From contig CP086569.2 in assembly GCA_009914755.4 (NCBI GenBank), forward strand, positions 5,664,001 to 5,728,000: DNA of 64,000 bases, given 5' to 3'. The notes under the pieces are model-generated. The model was not told the origin of the DNA, ran no database searches, and was given only the letters and a program-made list of their open reading frames with translations. A program made the position numbers and the translations under genes. How positions within the stretch are numbered: position 1 is the first letter of the stretch; each line of letters begins with the position of its first letter. Positions 14,660 through 27,000 of this stretch are shown one piece after another. This DNA is from the human T2T-CHM13v2.0 reference genome, Homo sapiens.

Positions 14660-15480
14660 CCTCTAGGTGGCTGGCCAAATAGTAACAGCTCTGGTCTGCA
14701 GCTCCCAGTAAGATCAATGCAGAAGGTGGGTAATTTCTGCATTTCCAACTGAGGTAGCAGGCTCATCTCATTGGGACTGGTTAGACAGTGGGTGCAGCCC
14801 ACAGAGGATGAGCTGAAGCAGGGTGGGGCGTTACCTCACCCAGGAAGTGCAAGGGGTCAGGGAACTCCCTCCTCTAACCAAGGAAGGCTGTGAGGGACTG
14901 TGCCGTGAGGAACAGCGCACTCCAGCCCAGATACTATGCTTTTCCCATGGTCTTCACAACCTGCAGACCAGGAGATTCCCTCTGGTGCTTATGCCACCAG
15001 GGCCCTGGGTTTCAAGCACAAAACTGGGCAGCCACTTGGGCAGAAACCAATCTAGCTGCAGGACTTGTTTTTTCCTTCATAGCGCAGTGGTGCCTGGAAC
15101 GCCAGCTAGACAGAACCATTTACTCCCCTGGAAAGGGGGCTGAAGCCAGGGAGCCAAGTGGTCTAGCTCAGCAGATCCCACCCCCGTGGAGCCCGGCAAG
15201 CTAAGATCCACTGGGTTGAAATTCTTGCTGCCTGCACAGCAGTCTGAAGTCCACTTGGGATGCTCGAGGTTAGTGGAGGGAGGGGCATATGACATTACTG
15301 AGGCTTGAGTAGGCTGTTTTCCCCTCACAGTGTAAACAAAGCCACTGGGAAGATCAAACTGGGTGGAGCCCACCACAGCTTGGCAAAGCCACTGTAGTCA
15401 GACTGCCTCTCTAGATTATTCCTCTCTGGGCAGGGCCTCTATGAAAGAAAGGCATCAGCCCCAGTCAGGGGCTTATAGAT
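14660..15480 (+). mobile_element. L1 5'UTR segment (L1PA/L1PB-type promoter region)
   Basis: ggctggccaaatagtaacagctctggtctgcagctcccagtaagatcaatgcagaaggtgggtaatttctgcatttccaactgaggtagcaggctcatctcattgggactggttagacagtgggtgcagcccacagaggatgagctgaagcagggtggggcgttacctcacccaggaagtgcaaggggtcagggaactccc parallels the L1PA 5'UTR start. ...gtaaacaaagccactgggaagatcaaactgggtggagcccaccacagcttggcaaagccactg parallels the 5'UTR 3' part. Confidence 0.65.
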
Positions 15481-15559
15481 AAAACTCCCAACTCCCCAAT
15501 GTTATTCTTATCAAACTACCAATAACATTCTTTATAGAAGTAGTAAAAAAACTATTAAA

Positions 15560-17075
15560 TCAACATTGAACCAAAAAGAGCTTGAACAGCCAAGACAATT
15601 TTAAGCAAAAAGAACAAAACAGGAAGCATCATGTTACCTGACTTCAAACTATGTGACAGGACTATGGTAAGCAAAAGAACATGGATACTCGTACAAAAAC
15701 AGACACATAGACCAACGGAACAGAATATAGAGCTTAGAAATAAGGCCGCATACCTACAACCATCTAATTGTCAATAAAATTGACTTTATAAAACAACAAT
15801 GGAGAAAAGATTCCCTATTCAATAAATAGTGCTGGGATAACTGGCTAACCATATGCAGAAGATTGAAACTGGACGCCTTCCTTATACCATACACAAAAAT
15901 CAACTAAAGATAGATTAAAGACCTACATGTTAAACCCAAAACTATAAATCCCTGGAAGACAACCTAGGCAACACCATTCAGGACATATAAACAAGCAAGG
16001 ATTTTATGACAAAGATGCCAAAAGTAATTGCAACAAAAGCAGAAATGACAAATAGGTTCTAATTAAACGAAAGAACTTCTGTACAGCAAAAACAAACAAA
16101 CAAACAAACAAAAACCAATGAGTAGAAGAAACAGATGACCAACAGAATGGGAGAAAATTTTTGCAATCTATACATCTGAAAAATGTCTAATATCCACCAT
16201 CTATAAGGAATTTAGACAAATTCACAAGAAAGAAACCAACAACCTCATTAAACAGTGGACAAAGGACTTGAACACTTTTTTAAAGAAGACATACATGTGG
16301 CCAAAGAAGCATATGAAAGAAACTCAATATCACTAATCATTAGAGAGTTGCAAATCAAAACCACAATGAGATACCATCTCACACCAGTCAGAATGGCTAT
16401 TACTAAAATATCAAAAAATAACAGATGCTTGTGAGGTTGCAGAGAAAAGGGAATGCTTATACACCATTGGTGGGAGTGTAAATTAGTTCAACCCTTGTGG
16501 AAGACAATGTGGTGATTCCTCAAGGACATAAAGACAGAAATACCATTTGACCCAGCCCATTACTGGATATATATCCAAAGGAATAGAAATTGTTCTGTCA
16601 TAGGGACACATGCACACATATGTTGATTGCAGCACTATTCACAAAAGCAAAGAAGTGGATTAAATCTAAATGCTAATCAATGGTAGACTGGATAAAGAAA
16701 ATGTAGTACTTATATACCCTGGAATATTATGCAGCCAAAAAAAAGAGTGAGTTCATGTCCCTTGCAGGAACATGGATGAAGCTGGAGGCCATTATCCTCA
16801 GAAAACTTACGCAGTAACAGAAAACCAAACACTACATGTTCTCCCTTGTAAGTGGAAGCTAAATGGTGAGAACACATGGACACAGAGAGAGGAACAACAG
16901 ACACTGGTGCATACCTGATCAGGGAGGATGGGAGAAGGCAGAGGATCAGATAAAATAACTACTTGGTACTAGTATTAATACCTGGATAACAAAGTAATCT
17001 GGACAACCAATATGAGTTTACCTATATAACAAACCTGTGCATGTACCACTGAACCTAAAATAAAAGTTTTTCTAA
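15560..17075 (+). mobile_element. L1 ORF2 C-terminal third plus 3'UTR (L1PB/older L1PA-like), degenerate
   Basis: aagcaaaaagaacaaaacaggaagcatcatgttacctgacttcaaactatgtgacagg, gcaaatcaaaaccacaatgagataccatctcacaccagtcagaatggctattactaaa, ccattggtgggagtgtaaattagttcaaccc, atgtcccttgcaggaacatggatgaagctggaggccattatcctcag, ends ..ctgaacctaaaataaaag. Confidence 0.8.
16093..16114. repeat. (CAAA)n microsatellite inside the L1
   Basis: aaacaaacaaacaaacaaacaaaa. Confidence 0.9.
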
Positions 17076-17290
17076 GAATGAATATTTTGTTCCTAATGTG
17101 GAACCCGTAACTATATAGTCTTAGGGACATCATATCACTTTTCCTGGCCTCATCTGTTAAACACCATTACACATCTATTCATATCAAACATTATAGAATG
17201 TTATGAATGTGAATTATTTCCCATTAGGTAAAGATTTTGGAGTTCTTATAAAGAAAGGGAGGAGATATATAAGAACAAAAACTACTTTTA

Positions 17291-17608
17291 TTGTATTTAT
17301 ACTTTTAATTTTGTTTCAAGACAGGGTCTTGCTCTGTTATCCACGCTGGAGTTCAGTGGTACATTAGTAGCTCACTGCAATGTCGAGCTCCTGGGCTCTC
17401 AGCAGTACTTCCACTACTTCCACCTCAGCTCCGCAAGTAGTTAGGACTACACTCATGCACCACCATGCGTGGCTATTCTTTTTTTACTTTTTGTAGATAT
17501 AGGGTCTTGCCTTTTGTAGAGGCTTGTCTTAAATGTGAGCCTCAAGCAAACCTCCCATCTTGGCCTCCCTAGTGCTGGGATTACAGAAGTGAGGCATCAT
17601 GTTTGGCC
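17291..17608 (-). mobile_element. Alu SINE (old, AluJ-like), minus strand, with degenerate T-rich tail and ~10-bp target-site duplication ACTACTTTTA
   Basis: Reverse complement of Alu: ..gacagggtcttgctctgttatccacgctggagttcagtggtac...cctcccatcttggcctccctagtgctgggattacagaagtgaggcatcatgtttggcc. Flanks are aactactttta at 17280-17290 and gactactttta at ~17621-17631. Confidence 0.85.
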
Positions 17609-17901
17609 CCAAGAACAAGGACTACTTTTAAAATAACATGACAGAAAAAATAAAACAGCCTGACAAAGCTTTAGTTGAAAATCGAATTTTTATAAATTCT
17701 ATTCTTCTATTTTTCTGAACTTCTATAACATTTCTCATCATAATTTGTAATGGGAGGGAGCATTATTGAGAGAATGAAAAAACACCTGTGTGACTAGTGC
17801 TCAGAAAAAAAGAAAGTATGTGTAAAAGACCAGGCTGGAGAAATATAGAGGGACAAATCAAACAAGGGGTTGGGAGCCAGGCTAAAGATATTGTTCTTTA
17901 G

Positions 17902-18246
<345 letters not shown>

Positions 18247-18292
18247 TAATTGAGAAGTTTGAACCAGAAAAATAAAATGATCAGACTTGTAT

Positions 18293-18352
18293 TAGGTTGG
18301 TCACCATTACTTTTAATGGCAAAAACCGCGATCACTTTTACACCAACCTAGT
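18293..18352. mobile_element. MADE1-like MITE (Hsmar1 mariner-derived miniature element), internally shortened palindrome
   Basis: ttaggttggtcaccattacttttaatggcaaaaaccgcgatcacttttacaccaacctag. Terminal inverted repeats TTAGGTTGGTG.../...CACCAACCTA flank the ..ggcaaaaaccgc.. core typical of MADE1. Flanked by TA. Confidence 0.6.
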
Positions 18353-19930
18353 ATTTTATGAAGCTCACCCTGTTTGCAGTGTGGAAAGTTGATTTGCAAT
18401 GGACAAAAAGCAGATATAGTAAAACTAATGAGAAAATTACAACAGTAGTTCAGGTAGGAGATGATAGGGAATTTGTCTTAGATGTTATTAATTGAAATGA
18501 TACAAAGTGGGCCAAATCATAGTTTCTTTAAATTCAGGGAGTTAGTAATGGAATATAGGAGAAATACAAAGAGATACATGAAATATCAATATTCTTGGAT
18601 TAGGGAGGTAGCTGATTTATGTGTATTATTTTATAAATTAAAATAGAACAATACATAGAACAATGGTGACAAGTTTTCATGAAGCAAAGATTGTGACTAA
18701 TCTTACACTAAGCAACTGACACCCATAAGAAATAAGAAAGGAAACACAACAAACTTTACTAAATAGAAAAATGTGAATTTAATTGACAAACATGTCCTAA
18801 TGTAACAGTAGTTTCAATGCATGTAAATGGATTATAGTGATTAATGAAGCAAAGAAAATATACAGTTTTGAAAAAGAGAGAAAGAATAACCAGATGTTCT
18901 TTTAAAGGACACAGAATAATCAGAAATAGAGGAGAAGAAAAAGAAATACTAAGCAGTATGAATCAAAGAAAGCTAGGAGTGAGGCAGATATAATTTAGGG
19001 AAAAATAATGTTATGTTATGGTAAAAGGGACCATTGCACAAGGAGATATAACTATTATAAATATATATTCCTAACAGTGCCAACTCTAAATGTGTTAATT
19101 AAAAAGAGACAGAACTTTAAGGAAACATAGATAAATAATTTTAATTAGAGACTTTAACACACTCTTCTAGAGAACCAAAAATAAAGATTTTTTAATATAT
19201 GCTCTCTGTGTGTTCACACATATAACTGTACAAACAACTGAAAATTATTTTCAATCACACAAAGAACATTTAAAATAATAGAGCATATATTTTGTCATAT
19301 GGAAAGTCTGTAAATTCCAAAAGATCAGTAAAATGAAATAACATTGGACATCAATAGTAATGAAAGAATAGCTTAAAATCAGAAGTTAGAAAATAAAATA
19401 ACATATTTATAAATAGCCCATAGTTTTAAAAAAGAATCACAAAAAATTACAATAAAGAAATTTTTAGGTGAGTGATAAGACACCGATTGTCAGAAATTGT
19501 GGTTCACAGAGAAGCAATAATTAGTGGAGAATGTGTACTCTTTGTGTTTTATAAACAAATAAGGATAATTTTTAAATTACTAAGAATTTAGTTCAATATT
19601 TTGGAAACATTGAAACTAAAACCAATGAAACTAATAGAATAAAAATGATAATGGGCAGAAATAATAGTAATAGTAATAATGATAATAAAACTCAGAAACA
19701 ACTTTCTTCAAATTACAATATTTTCTTAAAAGGAGTAACAAAATTGTTAGACTTCTCTCAAAAATGTTTAATAAACTAGAAAAAAATACAAAAATAAATA
19801 CAATCATAAAAAAAGAAAATAGCTACAGACCTAACAGAATTCTAATAAATAATAAGAACAAAATTAGCGACTATAACATCAATTTGAAAACCTAGATTAA
19901 ATGAATACATTTACAAAATAATATAAAACA

Positions 19931-20288
<358 letters not shown>

Positions 20289-20557
20289 TTAAGTATATCT
20301 AGAAGTATCAAAAAATAGAAATAGTAGTCAAAACCTTTGTTCCTCAACTCACATGCCCAATGATTTTACAAGTGAGTTCTATCCAACTTTCAAGTAACAG
20401 TTAATCTATATTTTAACATATTTTCCTGAAAATACTTTAAAAAACTGTACTTTCTCAGCTCTTTTCATAATGCAAGTGTAGTATTTATTCCTTAAACAGA
20501 TGTGAACAATTCAAGATTGAAAGCATATTGAACATTTAACTTATGAAAGTAAATGCA

Positions 20558-20712
20558 ATTAGCTAGGCTTCACGGCACGTGCCTATAGTCTCAGCTACTC
20601 AGGAGGCTGAGGCAGGAGGGTCCCTTGAGCCCAGGAGCTCCAAGCTGCAGTGAGTTATAATCCCACCACTGTACTCCAGTCTGGGTAACAGAGCAAGACC
20701 CTCTCTCTAAAA
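20558..20712 (+). mobile_element. 5'-truncated Alu (right arm only) with A-rich tail
   Basis: ttagctaggcttcacggcacgtgcctatagtctcagctactcaggaggctgaggcaggagggtcccttgagcccaggagctccaagctgcagtgagttataatcccaccactgtactccagtctgggtaacagagcaagaccctctctc. Confidence 0.85.
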
Positions 20713-22349
20713 ACTAAATAATTAATTAAAAATAAAAAATAAAGTAAATGCAAACATTCAAAAACAACCTACTGAATCATAAAATATATTTTAAAAACTT
20801 TATGATTAATTATCATAAATGCAAGGATATAGCTACAGTAGAAAATTAATAAATGTTGAGGATGGCAGAATAACAAAATAGGCTACCCTGGGCCTCCAGC
20901 AGAATGCAACCACTATTCTGAACTGCTTTTGCTCAGATTGTTATTGGAGAGAAAACAAAGCTTCTGTCTTGTTAAGCCACTACATTTTTGTTGTTTGTTA
21001 TGGAATCTAAACCTGTACCCTAACAATAGCACCACTGTCTCCCAAATTCTGTTTAAACTGTCCTCATTGCCAGCTGGCTGAAAAGTGACACAGTACCAAA
21101 ATCCCATTTTAGAGTTTGCTTCCTAGGCTTACACCTGCCACCAATTATGTTAATTATTTTCCCTAGCAGACTGAGATGGGAATTAGCAAGCGGAAAATGT
21201 ATTGAAAAGTGTTTCACTTGTAGTGAATTGAGATATCCAGGATTGAGTAGTGGGAGAAACTTAGCACAATTCCCTCATAACTAAGTTCTCAACTGATATT
21301 CAGGTAGTGTATTCAAGAGATAGTAACTCTGGAGGTGGGATGGCCATTCAGGGTTGCTCCAGTTGAAACAAAGGCCTGGGCTTTTGTGTCCCTGCATTGG
21401 CCAGTCATTTACTGCAGACTGCTTCCTTATAGAAAGTATAATTTTAAGTGAAGCAATTCTCTAAGGGCAATTGGAATTTCCCATGAGAAATGCAGTTGTG
21501 GCAAGCAGGTAGGGGATGGATGCAACAGGCCTGAAGAGGGAATCTGCTCAGGGGATCATAATATTCACTGTAATGCTCTATCTTAATACCAGGCTTCCAT
21601 TTAATTATCTTCTCAACTACAAAATATCTTACTTTGCTGGTGCAGAATTTAAAATGACCTGCAGAATTTAACGGGATCTTTTGCTTTTAAACCTGTAAAA
21701 AAATCAAGTTCACTTATAATAAGATAAATGTAAAAGAAATTACAATGAGATATTTTCAGAACTTTTGATAACCTACGGCATTGGGTAGTATGTAGAGGTA
21801 AATTTACTCTAATATTCTGTGGAGGCTAAAGCAACTCCATCTTGGAAATAATTTTACCATGTTGGCTTCTGATTAACCCCTGTTCTTGGAAGGGCTCTAA
21901 GATTTTCAAGTTCTCTATTGTTTCTTGTGTAAGAGTGGAAACTTAACCATAAATCCTGCCCTTAGGCCAAACAACCTTGATGTTATCATACTTTAAATTG
22001 CCCTACACATGCTTTCTGAACCACCCCTCCCTTATGGTATAAACCCTGGGTCTGGGGGATAATGCTGCAGGAATCCCACCATCTTGTCTCTCTGTCACAC
22101 AAGACACAGACATAGCTTCTATTTGTAAGTCCCTATTAAATGTCTCTGTAAGAAATTGCATTTGTCATTCTCTTTCTTCAGCCTCTCAGCTTCCTCAAAC
22201 TTTGGGGTATGTTTGCATAGAACTGCCTACTGTGAAACATTATTTTGCTGGGACTATAAAATTTTACAGTTCTCTAGGCAGAATATCTGCATTGCTTTTA
22301 CTCAGTAATTCATATAAAAATGTATTTAATAACTAAGTCATGATGTTAG

Positions 22350-22990
22350 ACTCAGCAATGATTCTTGGATATCACATCAAAAACACAGGCAACAAAATAA
22401 AAACAAAATTAGATTTCATCAAATATAAAAACTTTTGTGCCTCAAAACAATCAACAGGTGGAAAGGCAACTCACAGAATGGGAAAAATATTTTCAAATCA
22501 TATATTTGATGAAGAATTAATATCTAGAATATGTAAAGAACTCCTATAACTCCACAACGGAAAAACAATCCAATTAAAAATGGTTTGAATAGATATTTCT
22601 CCAAAGAATATACACAAGTGGGCATACAGATTGCCATCAAAAACGTAAAAGATGTTCAACATCACTAATTATTGGGGAAATGCAGATCAAAGCTACTATG
22701 ATATTCCACTTCACACCCATTAGGTTAACTATTATCCAAAAAACAGAAAATAGCAAGAGTTGTTGAAGATATGGGGAAATTAGAAGTCCTGTACATTTCT
22801 GGTGGTAATGTAAAATAATGCGGCTGTTGTGTAAAACAGTATGGTAGGTCCTCAGAAAGCTAAATTAGAATTACAATAAGATGAAACAATTTTAATTATA
22901 GGTATGTACCCATAAAATTTGGAAGCAAGGACTAGAACAGATATTTGTACACCCATGGGCACCATTGCTGTTCACCTTACAAATTATCCT
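22350..22990 (+). mobile_element. Old L1 (L1M-like) ORF2 C-terminal/3' fragment
   Basis: acaggcaacaaaataaaaacaaaattagatttcatcaaatataaaaacttttgtgcctcaaaacaatcaacaggtggaaaggcaactcacagaatgggaaaaatattttcaaatcatatatttgatgaagaattaatatctagaatatgtaaagaactc...ggggaaatgcagatcaaagctactatgatattccacttcacacccattaggttaactattatccaaaaaacag...tggtggtaatgtaaaat. Confidence 0.6.
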
Positions 22991-23709
22991 TAAAATGTAG
23001 TTAATATATTTTATTTCTTACTATGCCACTTAGCATTTCTTTTTCTTTTATTCAGTGAATTGTTATTTATATTGATTCACATATTAGCTCTTTTTTCTTA
23101 ATATTCTTTCTCATATCCTTTCTACTTTCTGAGTTTAACTTCATTCTTTCTGAGGTATATTTATCAGCAGGACTTTAACCAAGGGTCTGTCTCAGTTTTT
23201 CTTTAGCTGAGTTTATAATTCTAAGTTAAATAATTTTACCTGGAGATTTTTTTTGTGTGTGTTTTGCTTTTGCTATTGAAAATGTTATTTTTGTTATAAT
23301 TCTTCCTGTGTAGGCAATCTTTTATCTATGTTTGCTGTTAAGATTTCCATTTTTTCTTTGATGTTGCACAGTTTCACTTTGCCATAATATTAAATTGTTA
23401 TGTTAAATTATGTTCTCTTCCACAGAAATTTTTATGCTTTTTTAACCAGATTTGTGTCCTTTATCAGATCTTGAAAAAATTTAAAGTCACTATATCTATA
23501 AATCTTACTATTGCTCAAAAATATATTCTAAATGATCTGTTTATTTGATTTCCCTTTGATTAACCGGTCTTTGAATTTCTCTATCCTGCCTTATGGGTAA
23601 TTTCCTCAAAACCATATTTCAGTTTACTAATATCTCTTTAGATGTGGCTAATATACTATTTAGATCATCATTAATTTTTCCATTTCAACAACTTTATTTT
23701 TTTAAAGTA

Positions 23710-23995
23710 GGCCGGGTGCGCTGGTTCACACCTGTAATCCCAGCACTTTGGGAGGCTGAGGCGGGTGGATCATCTGGGTCAGGAATTCAAGACCGGCCTG
23801 GCCAACATGGCAAAACCCTATCTCTACTGAAAATACAAAAACTTAGCCGGGCATGGTGACGTGTGCCTGAAATCCCAACTACTCAGGAGTCTGAGGCAGG
23901 AGAATTGCTTGAACCAGGGAGGCAGAGGGTGCAGTGAGCCGAGACTGCTCCGCTGCCTTCTAGCCTGGGAAACAGAGTGAGACTCCATCTCAAAA
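23710..23995 (+). mobile_element. Alu SINE (AluS-like)
   Basis: ggccgggtgcgctggttcacacctgtaatcccagcactttgggaggctgaggcgggtggatcatctgggtcaggaattcaagaccggcctggccaacatggcaaaaccctatctctactgaaaatacaaaaacttagccgggcatggtgacgtgtgcctgaaatcccaactactcaggag...gagactccatctcaaaaaataataataa. Confidence 0.95.
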
Positions 23996-24029
23996 AATAA
24001 TAATAATTTAAAAAGTAATGTTTCGCTTC

Positions 24030-27000
24030 AGTCTTTATTTTCATTTTCTTTTACATACAGTGAAATTCACATTTTATGGCCTATAGTTTTACGAATTTTA
24101 ACAATTGCATAGAGTCATGTAACCATCACAATAATTAAGGTACAGATCAGTCCCATAACTCCAAGTTTTCATTTCACTGCTTCATTTGCTCGTTGATTTG
24201 TTCAAGTTTCCTAAAGATTCTGAATATTAGACTATTGTCAGATACATAGGTTGCAAATACTTTCTCAAATTCTGTAGGTTGTCTGTTTACTCTGTTGATA
24301 GTTTCGTCTTCTATGCAGAAGCTCTTTAGTTTAATTAGATCTCGTTTGTCAATTTTTGCTTTGGTTGCAATTGCTTTTGGCATCTTTGGCATGAAATCTT
24401 TGCTGGTTCCTATGTCCAGAATGGTATTGCCTAAGTTGTCTTCTAGAGTTTTCATAGTTTTGGGTTTACATTTAAGTCTTTCATCCATCCTAAGTTGATT
24501 TTTGCGGATGGTAAAAGAAAGTATTCTAATTTTATTCTTCTGCATATGGCTAGCCAGTTATCTCAGCACCATTTATTGAATAGGGAGTCCTCTCCTCATT
24601 GATTGTTCTTGTCCACTTTGTTGAAGACCAGATGGTTGTAGGTGTGCAGGCTTATTTCTAAGCTCTATATTCTGTTTCATTGGTCTGTGTGTCTGTTTTT
24701 GTACCAATATGATGCTGTTTTTGTTAACTGTAGCGTTGTAGTATAGCTTGATGTCAGGTAGTATGACGTCTCTGGCTTTCTTCATTTTGCTTGGGATTGC
24801 TTTGACTATGTAGGCTCTTTTTGGGTTCCATATGAATTTTAAAATTGTTTTTTTCAAATTCTATGAAATATGTCACTTGTAGTTTGATAGGAATAGCATT
24901 GAATCTGTAAATTGTGTTGGACAGTATTGCCATTTTAGTAATATTGCTTATTTCTATCCATGAGCATGGAATGTCTTTCCATTTGTTTGTGTTGTCTAAT
25001 TTATTTGAGCAGTATTTTGTAATTCTTCTAGAGATCTTTCACCTATCTGGTTAGTTGTGTTCTTAAGTATTTTATTCTTCTTGTGGCTATTGTGAAAGTG
25101 ATTACATTCTTATTTTGGCTCTCAGCTTCGACATTGTTGTTGTATAGAAATGCTACTGATTTTTGTACATTGATTTTGTGTCCTGAAACTTTGCTGGAGT
25201 TATTGATCAGATCTAGGGGCTTTTGTACAGGACCTGTGGGACTTTTTAGGTATAAAGTCACATTATCTACGAAGAGAGATAGTTTGACTTCCTCTCTTCT
25301 TATTTGGATGCCTTTTACTTCTTGCTCTGACCTGATTGCTCTCGCTAAGACTTCCAACACTATGTTGAATAGGGGTGGTGAGAGAGGGCATTCTTGTCTT
25401 GTTCAGGTTCTCAAGGGCAATGCTTCTAGATTTTGTTCATTCAGTATGATGTTGGCTTTGAGTTTTTCATAGATGACTGTTAATATTTTGAGTTATATTG
25501 CTTCAATGCCTAGTTCATTGAGAGTTTTTAACAAAAAGGGATGTTGAATTTTATCAAAAGCCTTTTGTGTGTCTATTGAGATGATCATGTGGCTTTTGTT
25601 TTTAGTTATATTTATGTGATTAATCAAATTTGATTTGCATGTATTGAGCCAAACTTGCATCCCAGGAATAAAGCCTGCTTGATGGTGGTGGATTAGCTTT
25701 TTGATGTGTTTCTGGATTCAGTTTGCAAGTATTTTGTTAAGAATATTTGCATTTATTTTCATCAGGAATGTTGGCCTAATTTTTTTTTCTATATCTGTCA
25801 GATTATGGTATCAGAATAATTCTGACCTCATAGAATGAGTTAGGTAGGACTCTCTCCTTCTCTAGTTTTTGGCATAGTTTCAGTAGGATTCGTGCCAATT
25901 GTTCTTTTTACATCTGGTAGATTTCAGGTATGAATCTGTCTGGTTGAGTGGTTTTTCTGATTGGTAAGTTTTTTATTACTGATTCCGTTTTGGAGGTTGC
26001 TATCAGTCTGTTCAGAGTTTCAATTTATTCCTGGGAGATTGTATGCTTTCAGGAATTAATCCGTTTGTTCTTGGTTTTCTAGTTTCTGTGCCTAGAGGTG
26101 TTCCTAATAGTCTCTGAGGCTTTTTTTTTTTTTTGTATATTTATATGTGGTTGTTACTAATGTCGCTTTTGTAATTTCTGCTTGTCTTCCTTTGAATCTT
26201 CTTACTTTTTTATCAGTCTAGCTAGCAGTCTATCAGTTCTATTAATTATTTCTAAGAACCAACTTTTGCTTTCATTGATCTGTAAAGTTTATCACTTCTC
26301 AATTTCATTCAATTCAGCTCCTATTTGTTTTTTTTTCTCTTTTTCTTCTTTTGCTAGCTTTACCATTGGTTTTCTCTTGTTTCCCTAGTTCCTCTAGGTG
26401 TAATATTAGGTTGTTAATTTTAGACCTTTCTAACTTTTTGATGTGGGCATTTAGTGCTATAAACTCTCCTCTTAACACTGTTTGAACTGTATCCCAGAGA
26501 TCTAGGTATGTTGTATATTTGTTTTCATTAGTTTCAAAGAGTTTCTTGATTTCTGCATTAATTTCATTGCTTGCCCAAAAGTCATTCATGGGCAGGTTGT
26601 TTAATTTCTATGTAGTTGTATGATTTTAAGAGACCTTTTTCATATTTATTTTTATTTTTATTGCATTGTAGTTCAAGAGTGTTGTTGGTATTTTTTTTAA
26701 TTTGTTGAAAATTGTTATATGACTGATTGTGCAGTCAATTACAGAGTATGTGCTATTTACAAATGAGAATAACATATATTCTGTTGTTCTTGGGTGGAGT
26801 GTTCTGTACTTGACTATTAGGTCCTTTTGGTTGTGTGTCAAGTTTAAGTCCCAAATATCTTTGTTAGTTTTCTGCCTTGATGATCTGTCAAATACCATCA
26901 GTGGGGCATTGAAGTCTCCCATTATTATTGTGGGATTATCTAAGTCTCTTTTTAGGACCCCAAAAACTTGCTTTATGAATCTGGTTGCTCTTGTCTTGGG

